From the NCBI GenBank assembly GCA_965215565.1, contig CBDCDZ010000004.1:3488001-3552000 (forward strand): 64,000 bases of DNA. The letters are read 5' to 3'. Below the pieces are notes generated by a model, which was not told the origin of the DNA, searched no databases, and saw nothing but the letters and a program-made list of their open reading frames with translations. The stretch comes from Trueperaceae bacterium. Lineage in GTDB: Bacteria; Deinococcota; Deinococci; Deinococcales; Trueperaceae. The position numbers and the translations under genes are program-made. This document shows positions 47,025 through 56,222 of the stretch, piece after piece (the stretch's first letter is position 1; every line of letters begins with the position of its first letter).

Positions 47025-47777
47025 ATGACTCACCCACGTTCGGACGAGCACCTACCCTCTCTACCTCTCAGAATAGAACGGCTCGGCGTCGTCACCTCTA
47101 CACAAGACCTGATGAAAGCGCGGCTCGCTGAGGGGAGGCGCGTTCACGGGCTGGTGCTGCGCGCCGAGGTGCAGACATCTGGGCGCGGGCGCGGCGCGCG
47201 AGCTTGGCGGAGCGCCGAGGGTGGCAGCTACCAGACGCTCGCGGTCTATGCGCCCGACTATCTGCCTGCCCATCTGCTCGAGGGGAAGCACCTGAGCCCG
47301 AGGGTGTCCGTCGCCGTCGCGGTAGGGCTCGCACAAACCTTGCCGCGTTATGGGGTCAAAGTCGGCGTCAAGTGGCCCAATGACCTCTTCTACCGCCATA
47401 AGAAGTTGGCGGGGATACTGCTCGACTATACCCGCGCCCATCTGCTCATCGGCGTCGGCATGAATGTGAATAACGAGACCCCGGCAGGCGCGGTGGGGCT
47501 CAGAGGGTGGGACCTGGCGGGGGCGCACGCGGTTGTACTGGAGGGTATACAGGTTGGACTGGGGTTGCTCTCTGCGCCCGCTTTGGCGGCAGCCTACGCC
47601 CCGTATGACTTACTAGCTGAACAAGAGGTCAGCATCTTGCACCGGAGCGAAGTGACGACGGGCGTCGCGCTTGGTATCAGTGAGCGCGGCTGCTTACGGC
47701 TGAATATACCCGGCGCGGCTGAGGGGCTCGAGGTCTGCCAAGGGCATCTGGAACGCTTCACGCTGCGTAAAGACTAG
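47025..47777 (+). CDS. birA: Biotin-[acetyl-CoA-carboxylase] ligase (no N-terminal HTH)
   Basis: STQ, QT.GRGR...W.S, KWPNDL, KLAGIL, GVG.NV. Confidence 0.9.
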   Translation: MTHPRSDEHLPSLPLRIERLGVVTSTQDLMKARLAEGRRVHGLVLRAEVQTSGRGRGARAWRSAEGGSYQTLAVYAPDYLPAHLLEGKHLSPRVSVAVAVGLAQTLPRYGVKVGVKWPNDLFYRHKKLAGILLDYTRAHLLIGVGMNVNNETPAGAVGLRGWDLAGAHAVVLEGIQVGLGLLSAPALAAAYAPYDLLAEQEVSILHRSEVTTGVALGISERGCLRLNIPGAAEGLEVCQGHLERFTLRKD

Positions 47778-48058
47778 GGGTAAGGGGTGCGTTTGGTGCC
47801 CACTTATGTCACTGGTGTTCACTTACGTCAAACGCAACGCGCCTAAGCTAGAGAAACCAGGTAAGATAGTGTAGAAATACTGCATTTTTGTTAAATTATA
47901 GCATTTCTCAAAATTGTTCTTGTGTCACGCAGATATTGCCGTTAGGCGTGCGCTCGATGATGTTCAGGGAAGTGAGGTTGGCGCAAAACAGATGACTATA
48001 GTGACCCAGTGTACTAAAGGTATACTTACTACACTTAACGGCGCGTACGAGGAGAGTC

Positions 48059-48697
48059 ATGGCTGAGACGATACAGGTACTGCTCGCAGACGATCATCCG
48101 CTGGTGCGGTCTGGCATTCGCGCGACGCTCGCGAACGAGTCGAGGATCGAGTTGGTGGGCGAAGCGACTGACGGCGACGAAGCCCAGCAGATGGGTTTAG
48201 CGCTGCGCCCCGACGTCATGCTGCTCGACTTGGGTATGCCGGGACCCTCCCCGCTAGAAACCATCGCCTACATACGCGAGCACTGTCCCGGAACCAGAGT
48301 CCTGATCCTCACCGCTTACGACGATGACACCTACATCCGCGGGCTCACGGGCGCAGGTATCGACGGGTATCTGCTCAAAGACGAAGCTACCGAAGCCTTG
48401 ATGAACGCAATCGTTACGCTGCACGGGGGCGGCACCTGGTTCAGCCACGCCATCGCCCAGAAGATGTTCGAATGGCGCTCGGGCGAAAGGAGCGCCGCGT
48501 TTGACCTCACGCGCCGCGAGGAGGAGATGCTTTCAGGCATCGCGCAGGGCTGGGACAACAAGCGCATCGCCGACGAGTACACGCTCGCCGAACAAACAGT
48601 GCGTAACTACATCAGCCGCATCTACGACAAGCTCAACTTGCATTCGAGGGCTGAAGTTGTGGTGTGGGCGCGGCAGCAGGGGTTCGCGAAGGACTAA
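48059..48697 (+). CDS. NarL/LuxR family response regulator
   Basis: DDHPLVR.G, LLDL.MP, GYLLK, LT.RE. Confidence 0.93.
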   Translation: MAETIQVLLADDHPLVRSGIRATLANESRIELVGEATDGDEAQQMGLALRPDVMLLDLGMPGPSPLETIAYIREHCPGTRVLILTAYDDDTYIRGLTGAGIDGYLLKDEATEALMNAIVTLHGGGTWFSHAIAQKMFEWRSGERSAAFDLTRREEEMLSGIAQGWDNKRIADEYTLAEQTVRNYISRIYDKLNLHSRAEVVVWARQQGFAKD

Positions 48698-48709
48698 TAC
48701 CCTTTCCTA

Positions 48710-48841
48710 TAGCAGGTATCATCTGGTCAGCTACACTCTTACTGAAAAGAACATCGCCTAGCACGCACTTTCAAAGATGATATCTGCGGAGAAGTGTTGC
48801 TTCGCATAACTTCGTTCAAGCAATGACAAGTGGAACTACTA
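48710..48841 (+). repeat. Family A chimeric copy
   Basis: The first 79 bp match family A; the distal part differs but ends TGGAACTACTA. Confidence 0.75.
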
Positions 48842-48845
48842 CTAG

Positions 48846-48909
48846 AAGGTGTCCCGTTCCGTGTGTATCCAAAATGCAAGGTGTCCCGTTCCGTGTGTAT
48901 CCAAAATGC
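48846..48909. repeat. Perfect 32-bp tandem duplication
   Basis: AAGGTGTCCCGTTCCGTGTGTATCCAAAATGC x2. Confidence 0.9.
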
Positions 48910-48942
48910 AACTCGCGTCTCGCACGGGTTTTGCGCAACTCC

Positions 48943-49053
48943 TAGCAGGTATCATCTGGTCTAAGACACTCTCACTGTAGAAAACACTGTTCAGTACGCA
49001 CATTCAGAGATGATACCTGCGACACTCTGTCTCAGTATGTTTTGGAAGTGCTA
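48943..49053 (+). repeat. Family A 111-bp repeat
   Basis: TAGCAGGTATCATCT...TTGGAAGTGCTA. Confidence 0.9.
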
Positions 49054-49090
49054 TCCATACACAAAACGTGGTATACCGCCTTTCCTATCG

Positions 49091-50329
49091 CTACGTCGAG
49101 ACCAGTTCGGCGCTCGGGCGCACTTGCGCAGGCTGTTCCAGCGGAAGCGCCACGCGGAAGACCGCGCCGCCCGCATCTTGGTTTGAGGCGGAGACCTGTC
49201 CGCCGTGCAACTCGACTAAGGCGCGCACGATAGCGAGTCCTAAACCGCTGCCGCCCGTCGCGCGCCCTCGGCTCAGATCAGCGCGGTAGAAGCGGTTAAA
49301 AATCCGCGCCAAGGCGTCCTCGGAGAGCCCCGGTCCTGAGTCGGCGACGGTGAGTACGGTGCTCGCCGCACCGTTTCTCCCACCTGTTCGAGCCTCGAGC
49401 CTCAGCACCACCTCGCCCCCCGGCGGCGTGTGACGCAGCGCGTTGCTGAGCAAATTGCCCAATACTTGCGAGAGCCTGTCGGGGTCCGCGTAGACGTGCA
49501 GCGCGCCGGGTAGCTCGAGCCGAATCGTCACCTCTTTCGCCCTGGCGCTCCCGGCGAAGGCAGCGCTACACGCCCTGACGATTTCCGTGAGATTAGTGGG
49601 ACGGCGCTCCAACGAGAGCCTGCCCGCGTCGGCGAGCGAGAGCGTGCGCAGGTCTTGGACGAGCCTCGAAAGAAGTTGCGTCTGTTTGGTCAGCGTTTGC
49701 AGCGAGTCGCCGTCTAGGGGCAAGACGCCGTCCTCCATCGCGTCAATATGCCCTTGCAAGATGGTCAGCGGGGTGCGGAGTTCGTGTGCGATATCGGCGA
49801 TCATCGCCTGGCGCTCACGCTCCAAACGCTCTAGCGACTCCGCCATCGCGTTGAAGTTGTGCGTCAGCTCGCCGATCTCGCCGTGCTTTGTACGCGCAGG
49901 GGGGACGACGCGCGCGCTCAAGTCGCCGTGGGCCACGCGGCGCGCGGCGTGCGACACGTTCGTAATAGGTTTGGAGATGTGCCGCGCGATGAGGAGCGCC
50001 ACAAGCACGCCGAAAGGGACGGCGATGAGCGCCGCGATGAGCAGTGAGCGCAGCCGCCCATTGAGGATGTTGAGGAGTGCGGTGAGAAAGCGTTCGAAAT
50101 TCTCGTCCGAACTGATCAGGTCTCGGAAGAGCGCTTTGATGAGGGGTAGTTGCTCTTCTCTCGAGAGTTCTGGGTCATCTACAACCTCATCGATACCGTT
50201 GCGAAAGTTGGCGGGTAAGTTTTCGTACTGCCGCGACATGCTGTACATCTCGGTGACCACGAGGAGCGCGATCGTGCTCGCGATTGCGCTGACGATAAAG
50301 ACGGTGAGGCGGACGGCGAGGCGGTTCAT
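49091..50329 (-). CDS. HAMP-domain sensor histidine kinase (BaeS-like)
   Basis: AHELRTPL, NLLSNA, D.GPG, RFYR, GSGLGL. Confidence 0.93.
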   Translation of the reverse strand: MNRLAVRLTVFIVSAIASTIALLVVTEMYSMSRQYENLPANFRNGIDEVVDDPELSREEQLPLIKALFRDLISSDENFERFLTALLNILNGRLRSLLIAALIAVPFGVLVALLIARHISKPITNVSHAARRVAHGDLSARVVPPARTKHGEIGELTHNFNAMAESLERLERERQAMIADIAHELRTPLTILQGHIDAMEDGVLPLDGDSLQTLTKQTQLLSRLVQDLRTLSLADAGRLSLERRPTNLTEIVRACSAAFAGSARAKEVTIRLELPGALHVYADPDRLSQVLGNLLSNALRHTPPGGEVVLRLEARTGGRNGAASTVLTVADSGPGLSEDALARIFNRFYRADLSRGRATGGSGLGLAIVRALVELHGGQVSASNQDAGGAVFRVALPLEQPAQVRPSAELVST

Positions 50330-50333
50330 AGGG

Positions 50334-51098
50334 TCAGCCGGGTAGCTCCGCCAAGCGGTAGCCCACCCCGCGCACGGTCTGCAACAGTCCCTCCGCGCCC
50401 TGCTCGCCGAGCTTGCGCCGCAAGTTGCGTAGGTGAACGTCCACGACGCGCTCGAGCGCGTCGCTTTCGGGCAGCGCCGCCTCTAAGAGTTCGGCGCGGC
50501 TAAAGGTGCGCCCCTCAGCGCACGCCATGTGGTAGAGCAGCCGGAATTCGGTGGCGGTTAAGGGGAGCACCGCGCCGCGAACAGACGCGGTGGTGCGCCT
50601 CGGGTCTACTTCTAAAGTGCCTACGCGCGCGGGCATCTCACCTTGTGCGTTCTGGGCTTGAGTGTGGGTGCGGCGCAGCACCGCCTTGACGCGCGCCATG
50701 ACCTCGCGCGGGCGAAAGGGCTTGGTGACGTAGTCGTCCGCGCCTAGCTCGAGCCCTAAAAGTTTATCGAGTTCTTCCGTCCGCGCGGAGAGCATGATCA
50801 CGGGCGTCGTGCTCTCCGCGCGAATGACTTTAAGCACCTCGACGCCGTCTAACTCGGGCAGCATAATGTCCAAAAGGACCAAGTCCGGGCGAGTTGCCCG
50901 GAAGAGCGTCAGCGCCGCCCTGCCGTCTTTCGCCCGCTCGGTGCGGTAGCCCGAGCGTTGCAAATACCCCTCCAACACCTTGGCGATGTCCAGTTCGTCC
51001 TCAACCACCAACACGAGCGCCATGCCCTCCACTGTAGCGCTTTGACGCATCCCTGTCATCTTTTGCTGTACCGGTTTCTGTTGTGTCGGCTTCTGCAT
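50334..51098 (-). CDS. OmpR family response regulator
   Basis: LLDIMLP, GADDYVTKPF, TVRGVGYRL; start may be downstream (ATG 51023). Confidence 0.93.
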   Translation of the reverse strand: MQKPTQQKPVQQKMTGMRQSATVEGMALVLVVEDELDIAKVLEGYLQRSGYRTERAKDGRAALTLFRATRPDLVLLDIMLPELDGVEVLKVIRAESTTPVIMLSARTEELDKLLGLELGADDYVTKPFRPREVMARVKAVLRRTHTQAQNAQGEMPARVGTLEVDPRRTTASVRGAVLPLTATEFRLLYHMACAEGRTFSRAELLEAALPESDALERVVDVHLRNLRRKLGEQGAEGLLQTVRGVGYRLAELPG

Positions 51099-51212
51099 TG
51101 GTACTAGCTTAGTGGACGCTTATTAAGGTCTGGCGAAGAGGGTGGAGAGGCGGAAGGGAGAATAAAGAATAGAAGCGCCTCTTCTTCCTTCTGTATTCTG
51201 CCTCCTGCATCT

Positions 51213-52151
51213 TCAAGGCAGCGACTCGAAGAACGTCATGATCGCCTCGCCTGTTCCGCCTGGCCAATTGTGCGGGTAGTAGCGCCCGCTATAGCCGTAG
51301 TCTTGAGTGTGCGGACACCACACGACGGGGTGCCGCTCGTCCGCGCCGCCGTAGCGCTCGCAGTTTAGGGAGCGCGGTTGAGCTGGAACAGGCGGGCTCG
51401 AGATGCCGTTCTGCCGCAAGAAGTGGTTCGCCACCTCTGCGCCGTAGTCCACGTCCACCAGGCGGTCGTTAGGATTATGCAGAACCATTGCGGCGGTAGG
51501 CGCGACACACTCTTCCGCGACGATAGAGCCGCCGAGCGTGCCGACGCCGCGCACCTGGCTCCCCCTCGCGCAGCCCAAAGCGTTCGCGAAGTACGCCCCC
51601 AGCGAGTGCCCCACCGCGAAGACCTTATCTAAGTTGAGGCAGTAGTACTGCGCGTGTAGCCCCAACATCACGTCGAAAAAGGCGTAGTCGCGCAGCGCGT
51701 CTGCAGGGTCGCCGGGGTCGGACCAGGTGAAGGTGCCGTCGCCTTGGCTGAGCCCGTTCGGATAGACGAAAATCGTATTCGCGGCGTGCGGCTCCAGGTC
51801 GTAGTAGCGCCTGACCTCTTCGTTCGGGCTGGTACGCCCGTGAAAGGCGAAGACGAGCGTCTGGGGAACGTCGGGGTCATAGTTTGCCGGAATGACGGTG
51901 ATAAAGGAGCGGATGCGCCCGTCCACCTCTACCCTCGAGGGCGCAACCGCCGGGGCGTCTCGTGAGCAGCCAGCGGAGCGGCTCGAGTTGCTGACCTGAA
52001 CTCGCCGCGTTTGATTCGGGACCTGAGTCTCCCGAGATACTTGCGCAGAAACGGCGGGCGGTCCGGCGCACGCCACGCTCAAGAGCGTCACGCAGAGCAT
52101 AAAGACAACAAATAGAAAGGCGGAGGGTAGACAGCGCTTGAATTGTCGCAT
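51213..52151 (-). CDS. Secreted/lipoprotein alpha/beta hydrolase (PHB depolymerase/feruloyl esterase-like)
   Basis: Lipobox-like VAC, FHG, VYP.G, GHSLG nucleophile. Confidence 0.8.
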   Translation of the reverse strand: MRQFKRCLPSAFLFVVFMLCVTLLSVACAGPPAVSAQVSRETQVPNQTRRVQVSNSSRSAGCSRDAPAVAPSRVEVDGRIRSFITVIPANYDPDVPQTLVFAFHGRTSPNEEVRRYYDLEPHAANTIFVYPNGLSQGDGTFTWSDPGDPADALRDYAFFDVMLGLHAQYYCLNLDKVFAVGHSLGAYFANALGCARGSQVRGVGTLGGSIVAEECVAPTAAMVLHNPNDRLVDVDYGAEVANHFLRQNGISSPPVPAQPRSLNCERYGGADERHPVVWCPHTQDYGYSGRYYPHNWPGGTGEAIMTFFESLP

Positions 52152-52239
52152 CTTTCAGAGCTTACCCCGTCAAGGTTAGAGGTTGAGGAAGCGGCAGTGA
52201 AGAATCCATGAAAGAGGTAGAGAAGGCGTAAACTAGTCC

Positions 52240-53931
52240 ATGGCTCGCTTTAACTTGAAATCCGGTTTAGATAGTGACGTACTCAAGAACCTCCAGCCCA
52301 GCCCGCAGACGCTGCAAAACCTCCTAGCGAACGCGCGCGTGACGCTACAAAACGCGCTCGCTATGCTTCCCGGCGAACGTCCTGAATACTTGGTGGTGGA
52401 ACTCTCCGGCTCCTATCCTGCACGGAAGCAGAAGCGCAAGCTCTTTCCCCCGCAACTTGGCGCTCAAGAGACCTCGTTAGAGGCGTTCAGTGAGCAGATC
52501 GAGGCGTTGGCGCGCGCCGACTGGCTCAAGGGCGTCGTCTTCCGCCTGAATGACCTCAGTGTGGACCTCACCACGGCGCGGAGCTTGCGCGAAGAGGTCG
52601 TGAAACTCAAAAAGGCTGGTAAGCATACGACGCTCTACGCGCCGCAACTCGACTTACCCAGTTACTACCTCGCTACGGCTGCCGACGAGGTCATCATGCC
52701 GGACGGGGGCGAGCTGTTCGTGCTCGGGCTGGCCGTGCAAATCACCTTTATGCGTGACGCGCTGGCGCGTTTCGGTGTGTCGTTCGACAAGCTCGCCATT
52801 GACGAATACAAAAACGCGGGCGACAACTTCGCGCGCCAAGAGATGAGCGACGCGCAGCGCGAGCAGTACGGGGCGCTCTTGGACAGCCTCGAGGCCACCT
52901 TCTTAAACGACGTCGCCGAGGCTAGAAAGGTGACGCCCGGACAGGTCCAAGGCTGGATCGACGAAGGCGTGAGTTCACCGCAGCACGCCCTGGAACTGGG
53001 CATGATCGACCGCGTCGCCTATGAAGACGAGGTGCTACATAGGGCGCACAAGCCGCTTCGCGCCGGAGCGCGGTTTCTCACTCAAAAGCCGCGCCCCCTA
53101 AACACGAAGCGCGTCGCTGTGATTTCGCTGTCGGGCATCATCGTCCCCGGCAAGTCGCGGCGCACGCCCTTTCCACTGCCCTTAATCGGCTCCTTGCAAG
53201 CGGGCTCCGAGACCTTGTTGCGCGCCTTTCGCGCCGCCGCCGCTGACGAGAGCACCGCCGCTATCGTCTTCCTGGTTGACTCGGGTGGCGGTTCCGCGCT
53301 TGCGAGCGACCTCATCTGGCGCGAGGTGACGCGCGTACGCCGCGACAAACCCGTCGTGGCGGTGATGGGCGGCGTGGCGGCGAGCGGCGGTTACTACGTC
53401 CTCACACACGCGGACCACGTCGTCGCTGCGCCCACCACGCTCACGGGCTCCATCGGCGTGTTGACGAGCAAGTTCGTATTTGAAGACTTCAACGCGCGTT
53501 ACGGCTTCCACCCGCAAGCGCTGAGCCGAGGGCGCTACATCCTCGCGTTTAACTCGGCGCGTTCTTTTGACGACGAGGAGCGCGCGCTCGTACAGCGTTT
53601 CATCGGTGAGGTCTACGAGCGCTTCACGGACCGCGTCGCCGAGGGGCGCAACCTCTCTAAAGCGCGCGTGAACGAGATCGGACGCGGGCATATCTGGTCA
53701 GGGAAGGACGCTTTAGAGATCGGTCTAGTGGATGAACTCGGCGGCGTGACGCTCGGAATCCGGCGAGCGAAAGAGATTGCCGGGTTGCACGCGGACGCTC
53801 CGACGTGGAACGTGGATGCGCCCTCTAAGATGCTCTTACCGACACAGGAAGACCCGAGCACGCTGCTAAGGGCGCTAGCGCCGCTGCGCCGCGAGAAGGC
53901 GCTCTTGCTCGAGCCTGCGCACCTAATGTGA
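52240..53931 (+). CDS. sppA: Signal peptide peptidase SppA (67K type)
   Basis: Two S49 domains; YK.A, DS.GGS, AASGGYY, TGSIGV. Confidence 0.92.
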   Translation: MARFNLKSGLDSDVLKNLQPSPQTLQNLLANARVTLQNALAMLPGERPEYLVVELSGSYPARKQKRKLFPPQLGAQETSLEAFSEQIEALARADWLKGVVFRLNDLSVDLTTARSLREEVVKLKKAGKHTTLYAPQLDLPSYYLATAADEVIMPDGGELFVLGLAVQITFMRDALARFGVSFDKLAIDEYKNAGDNFARQEMSDAQREQYGALLDSLEATFLNDVAEARKVTPGQVQGWIDEGVSSPQHALELGMIDRVAYEDEVLHRAHKPLRAGARFLTQKPRPLNTKRVAVISLSGIIVPGKSRRTPFPLPLIGSLQAGSETLLRAFRAAAADESTAAIVFLVDSGGGSALASDLIWREVTRVRRDKPVVAVMGGVAASGGYYVLTHADHVVAAPTTLTGSIGVLTSKFVFEDFNARYGFHPQALSRGRYILAFNSARSFDDEERALVQRFIGEVYERFTDRVAEGRNLSKARVNEIGRGHIWSGKDALEIGLVDELGGVTLGIRRAKEIAGLHADAPTWNVDAPSKMLLPTQEDPSTLLRALAPLRREKALLLEPAHLM

Positions 53932-53984
53932 GGCGTCGGCTGCATAGTTATGAACTAGAGAAGCGCGAAGTGTGAAGTGAGAGG

Positions 53985-54086
53985 TGGCGGCTCTACCCGA
54001 AATGACATTGATGTCCGAGCAAGGGGTTTCAACCCCTTGTTCACCGTACCAAGATAGCAGAAGGAGCAAGCAGCTTAGAACTGCTA
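53985..54086 (-). mobile_element. Family B element, degenerate (102 bp)
   Basis: Reverse copy with CAAGGGGTTTCAACCCCTTG; ends TTAGAACTGCTA. Confidence 0.7.
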
Positions 54087-54130
54087 CTAAGTAAGAATAC
54101 GGAATTTTTCTCCTTGCTTCTTGTTCTCGA

Positions 54131-54172
54131 ATAGGGATAAGGCTCGAGTCTGGACTCGAGCCTTATCCCTAT
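54131..54172. repeat. Perfect 20-bp-arm palindrome (REP-like)
   Basis: ATAGGGATAAGGCTCGAGTC-TG-GACTCGAGCCTTATCCCTAT. Confidence 0.85.
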
Positions 54173-54212
54173 CAAGAGGTCGCGCTAAGCTTGTAGCGTT
54201 CCGTCGTACCTA

Positions 54213-54323
54213 TAGCACTTCCAAAACATACTGAGACAGAGTGTCGCAGGTATCACCTCACAACGTGCGTGCTAAACAGTGTTTTCTACAGTGAGGGTGT
54301 CTCAGACCAGATGATACCTGCTA
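54213..54323 (-). repeat. Family A 111-bp repeat
   Basis: TAGCACTTCC...GATGATACCTGCTA; closest to the 48943 copy. Confidence 0.9.
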
Positions 54324-54526
54324 CTAGCAGCGTGGTTCGCGGCGGCGATCTGTAAGTCGCCCAATCTTTCTAAGAGGTCGGCGCGCTGCGCGCTCGTTAA
54401 ACGCGAGAACTCCCGCTCCTCTTCGATGCGCTCTGCGATTGCTTTGAGTTCGCTGAAGCTGTGGTGGGCGCGGTGATTGATGACCTCGAGCCACTCTCTA
54501 TACGTGGGACCTGAATTAAACGCCAT
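54302..54526 (-). CDS. Small helical hypothetical protein
   Basis: AAGGAGG RBS and own promoter; last codons lie in the family A repeat. Confidence 0.7.
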   Translation of the reverse strand: MAFNSGPTYREWLEVINHRAHHSFSELKAIAERIEEEREFSRLTSAQRADLLERLGDLQIAAANHAASSRYHLV

Positions 54527-54565
54527 GTTGTTACGCCTCCTTCGTTCTTGACTAGAATAGATATG

Positions 54566-54677
54566 AGTATAGACGATGCTCGAAATTTTGGCAATATATC
54601 TGCCAACGTTGTACTTTCCGCATTTACAAATTTAGCATGGACACTCTAAAACTGAAATCTTGGCAAAAATTTTGCCA
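54566..54677 (-). promoter_or_regulatory. Promoter with two TGGCA-N7-TGCCA palindromes
   Basis: TTGCCA-N17-TATACT (54594-54566); palindromes at 54589-54605 and 54661-54677. Confidence 0.65.
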
Positions 54678-54760
54678 CTAGATCGATTTGAGACGATTCG
54701 AACTTTCACGAAAAAGCCTCACCGTCAGCAAGAGGTGAGGCGAGTTGGGAGGTGTACCGG

Positions 54761-55240
54761 TTAGAGATTGGGCAGGACGCTCGGGAAGTCTGGGAAGAGG
54801 TCGGAGCGCTCCACCTTGCCGTAGTGGTTGAAAAAGCTCACTTCTCCCTCTAAGGTGCACGTCCACACCTCTTTTGCGCCTCTGGAGAAATAGAGGTCGC
54901 GCTTTTGTACCATCTCTGCTTCAGAGTTTGAAGGCGAAACGACTTCGGCGCAGAGTTCTGGTGCAACGTCGAAAGGCGTTTTCATCTCGTTTTTAGCTAA
55001 GAAAGCGGCTGAAGCCCAGGCTACATCTGCTACCTTGACCCCTTTTAGTGTCTTTACAGAACACTCCGAGAAGACTTTTCCTTCGAGCTTCAACTGAATG
55101 AGAAGGGCTCCAATCGCTATCTGCACAGCGCCGTGTACATTGGACGCAGGACTCATAACAACGTGACCCCATTCGTTAAGCTCGATCTTGAAAGGGAGAT
55201 TTTGCAAGATTTCGTTTTCAATAACCTCTGACCATTCCAT
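54761..55240 (-). CDS. Uma2 family endonuclease
   Basis: LPFKIELN..G..VMSPA, VKVADVAW, APELC.EV.SPSN, GAKEVW. Confidence 0.88.
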   Translation of the reverse strand: MEWSEVIENEILQNLPFKIELNEWGHVVMSPASNVHGAVQIAIGALLIQLKLEGKVFSECSVKTLKGVKVADVAWASAAFLAKNEMKTPFDVAPELCAEVVSPSNSEAEMVQKRDLYFSRGAKEVWTCTLEGEVSFFNHYGKVERSDLFPDFPSVLPNL

Positions 55241-55263
55241 ACAACTATTCTACTCGAGACGGT

Positions 55264-56076
55264 TCATTTGAGTCCTGCAAAGAGGTCATCTACGGGCATC
55301 TCAGGAAAAGCGCCGCGCAAGCCGCCCAATGTAAAGGTCTCCTGGGTAAACATCGCCTCCCATACCTCTTTCTCGCGCTCGTCCGACATCCCCGCAAAGG
55401 ATGAGGACGGCCCCACCTGCGAGCGGTGCGCCCGGACTGCCGCCTCTTTCTGCTCGCGGTAGTGTGATGTGTCTATCACGACCGCAAACGAATCTTCGGA
55501 GACGCCGTACAGCTCGGGGTCGAGTTTCGAAAGAGGTGAGTTTTCGCGCATCGCCTGCATCTGCTTCATGCGCTCTGCCGCCATCACACTGTAAAAGAGG
55601 CGCTTGGGCGCAGGGTTCATGACCTTGCCCGCTGACCAAAAGGCGGCGGTGACAGCGCGGTGCATCTTGACGTGGTCGATGTGTCCGTAAATGCCGTGCG
55701 GATCGAAAGTGAGGATGACCTCGGGTCTGACCTCGCCGATGTGGGGCAAGAGCGCCTCCTCGATATCCGCTTCGTCCACGTTCATGAGCGCTTTGGGGTC
55801 ATCGTAGCGCGTGCGCTCTTGCCTGCCCGAGTCGTGGAAGTCCAAGAAGATAGGCGCGTCTAAACCCATCGCCCGGCACGCCTCCCTGAGTTCTTGCTCA
55901 CGCAACTTGGCGACATCTGAGGCGGCGTCAATCTCGGGATCGGTGATTTTGCCCGACTCACCTCTTGTGGCGCAGATGAGCTTTACCGTGTGACCTTGGG
56001 CGGCGTAGCGCGTGAGTGCGCCGCCGGTGCCGAAGGCTTCGTCGTCGGGGTGGGCGAAGATAGCGAGAAGGGTCAT
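55264..56076 (-). CDS. PIG-L family deacetylase
   Basis: AHPDDE, TRGE.G, R..EL..A, GIYGH.DH, H.SQ. Confidence 0.92.
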   Translation of the reverse strand: MTLLAIFAHPDDEAFGTGGALTRYAAQGHTVKLICATRGESGKITDPEIDAASDVAKLREQELREACRAMGLDAPIFLDFHDSGRQERTRYDDPKALMNVDEADIEEALLPHIGEVRPEVILTFDPHGIYGHIDHVKMHRAVTAAFWSAGKVMNPAPKRLFYSVMAAERMKQMQAMRENSPLSKLDPELYGVSEDSFAVVIDTSHYREQKEAAVRAHRSQVGPSSSFAGMSDEREKEVWEAMFTQETFTLGGLRGAFPEMPVDDLFAGLK

Positions 56077-56222
56077 GGCGCTATCATATGAGGAGAGGGG
56101 CACAAGGCAACGTGCGCTGCAGGTCATTCGCTCTTCGAATTTACAAATGAAGCCACCTAAGCCAAGATGGGAAGATTCTTGCCCTGTCTGGCACACCGCG
56201 CCTGAGTGCGGTATAACGCGCT

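Noticed and set aside
48846..48909. 32-bp repeat as a CRISPR array
   Set aside because: The two units are adjacent with no spacer, and there are no cas genes.
10327..54323. Family A repeats as integron attC sites
   Set aside because: No RYYYAAC/GTTRRRY cores, no integrase, mixed orientations, and they flank core genes rather than cassettes.
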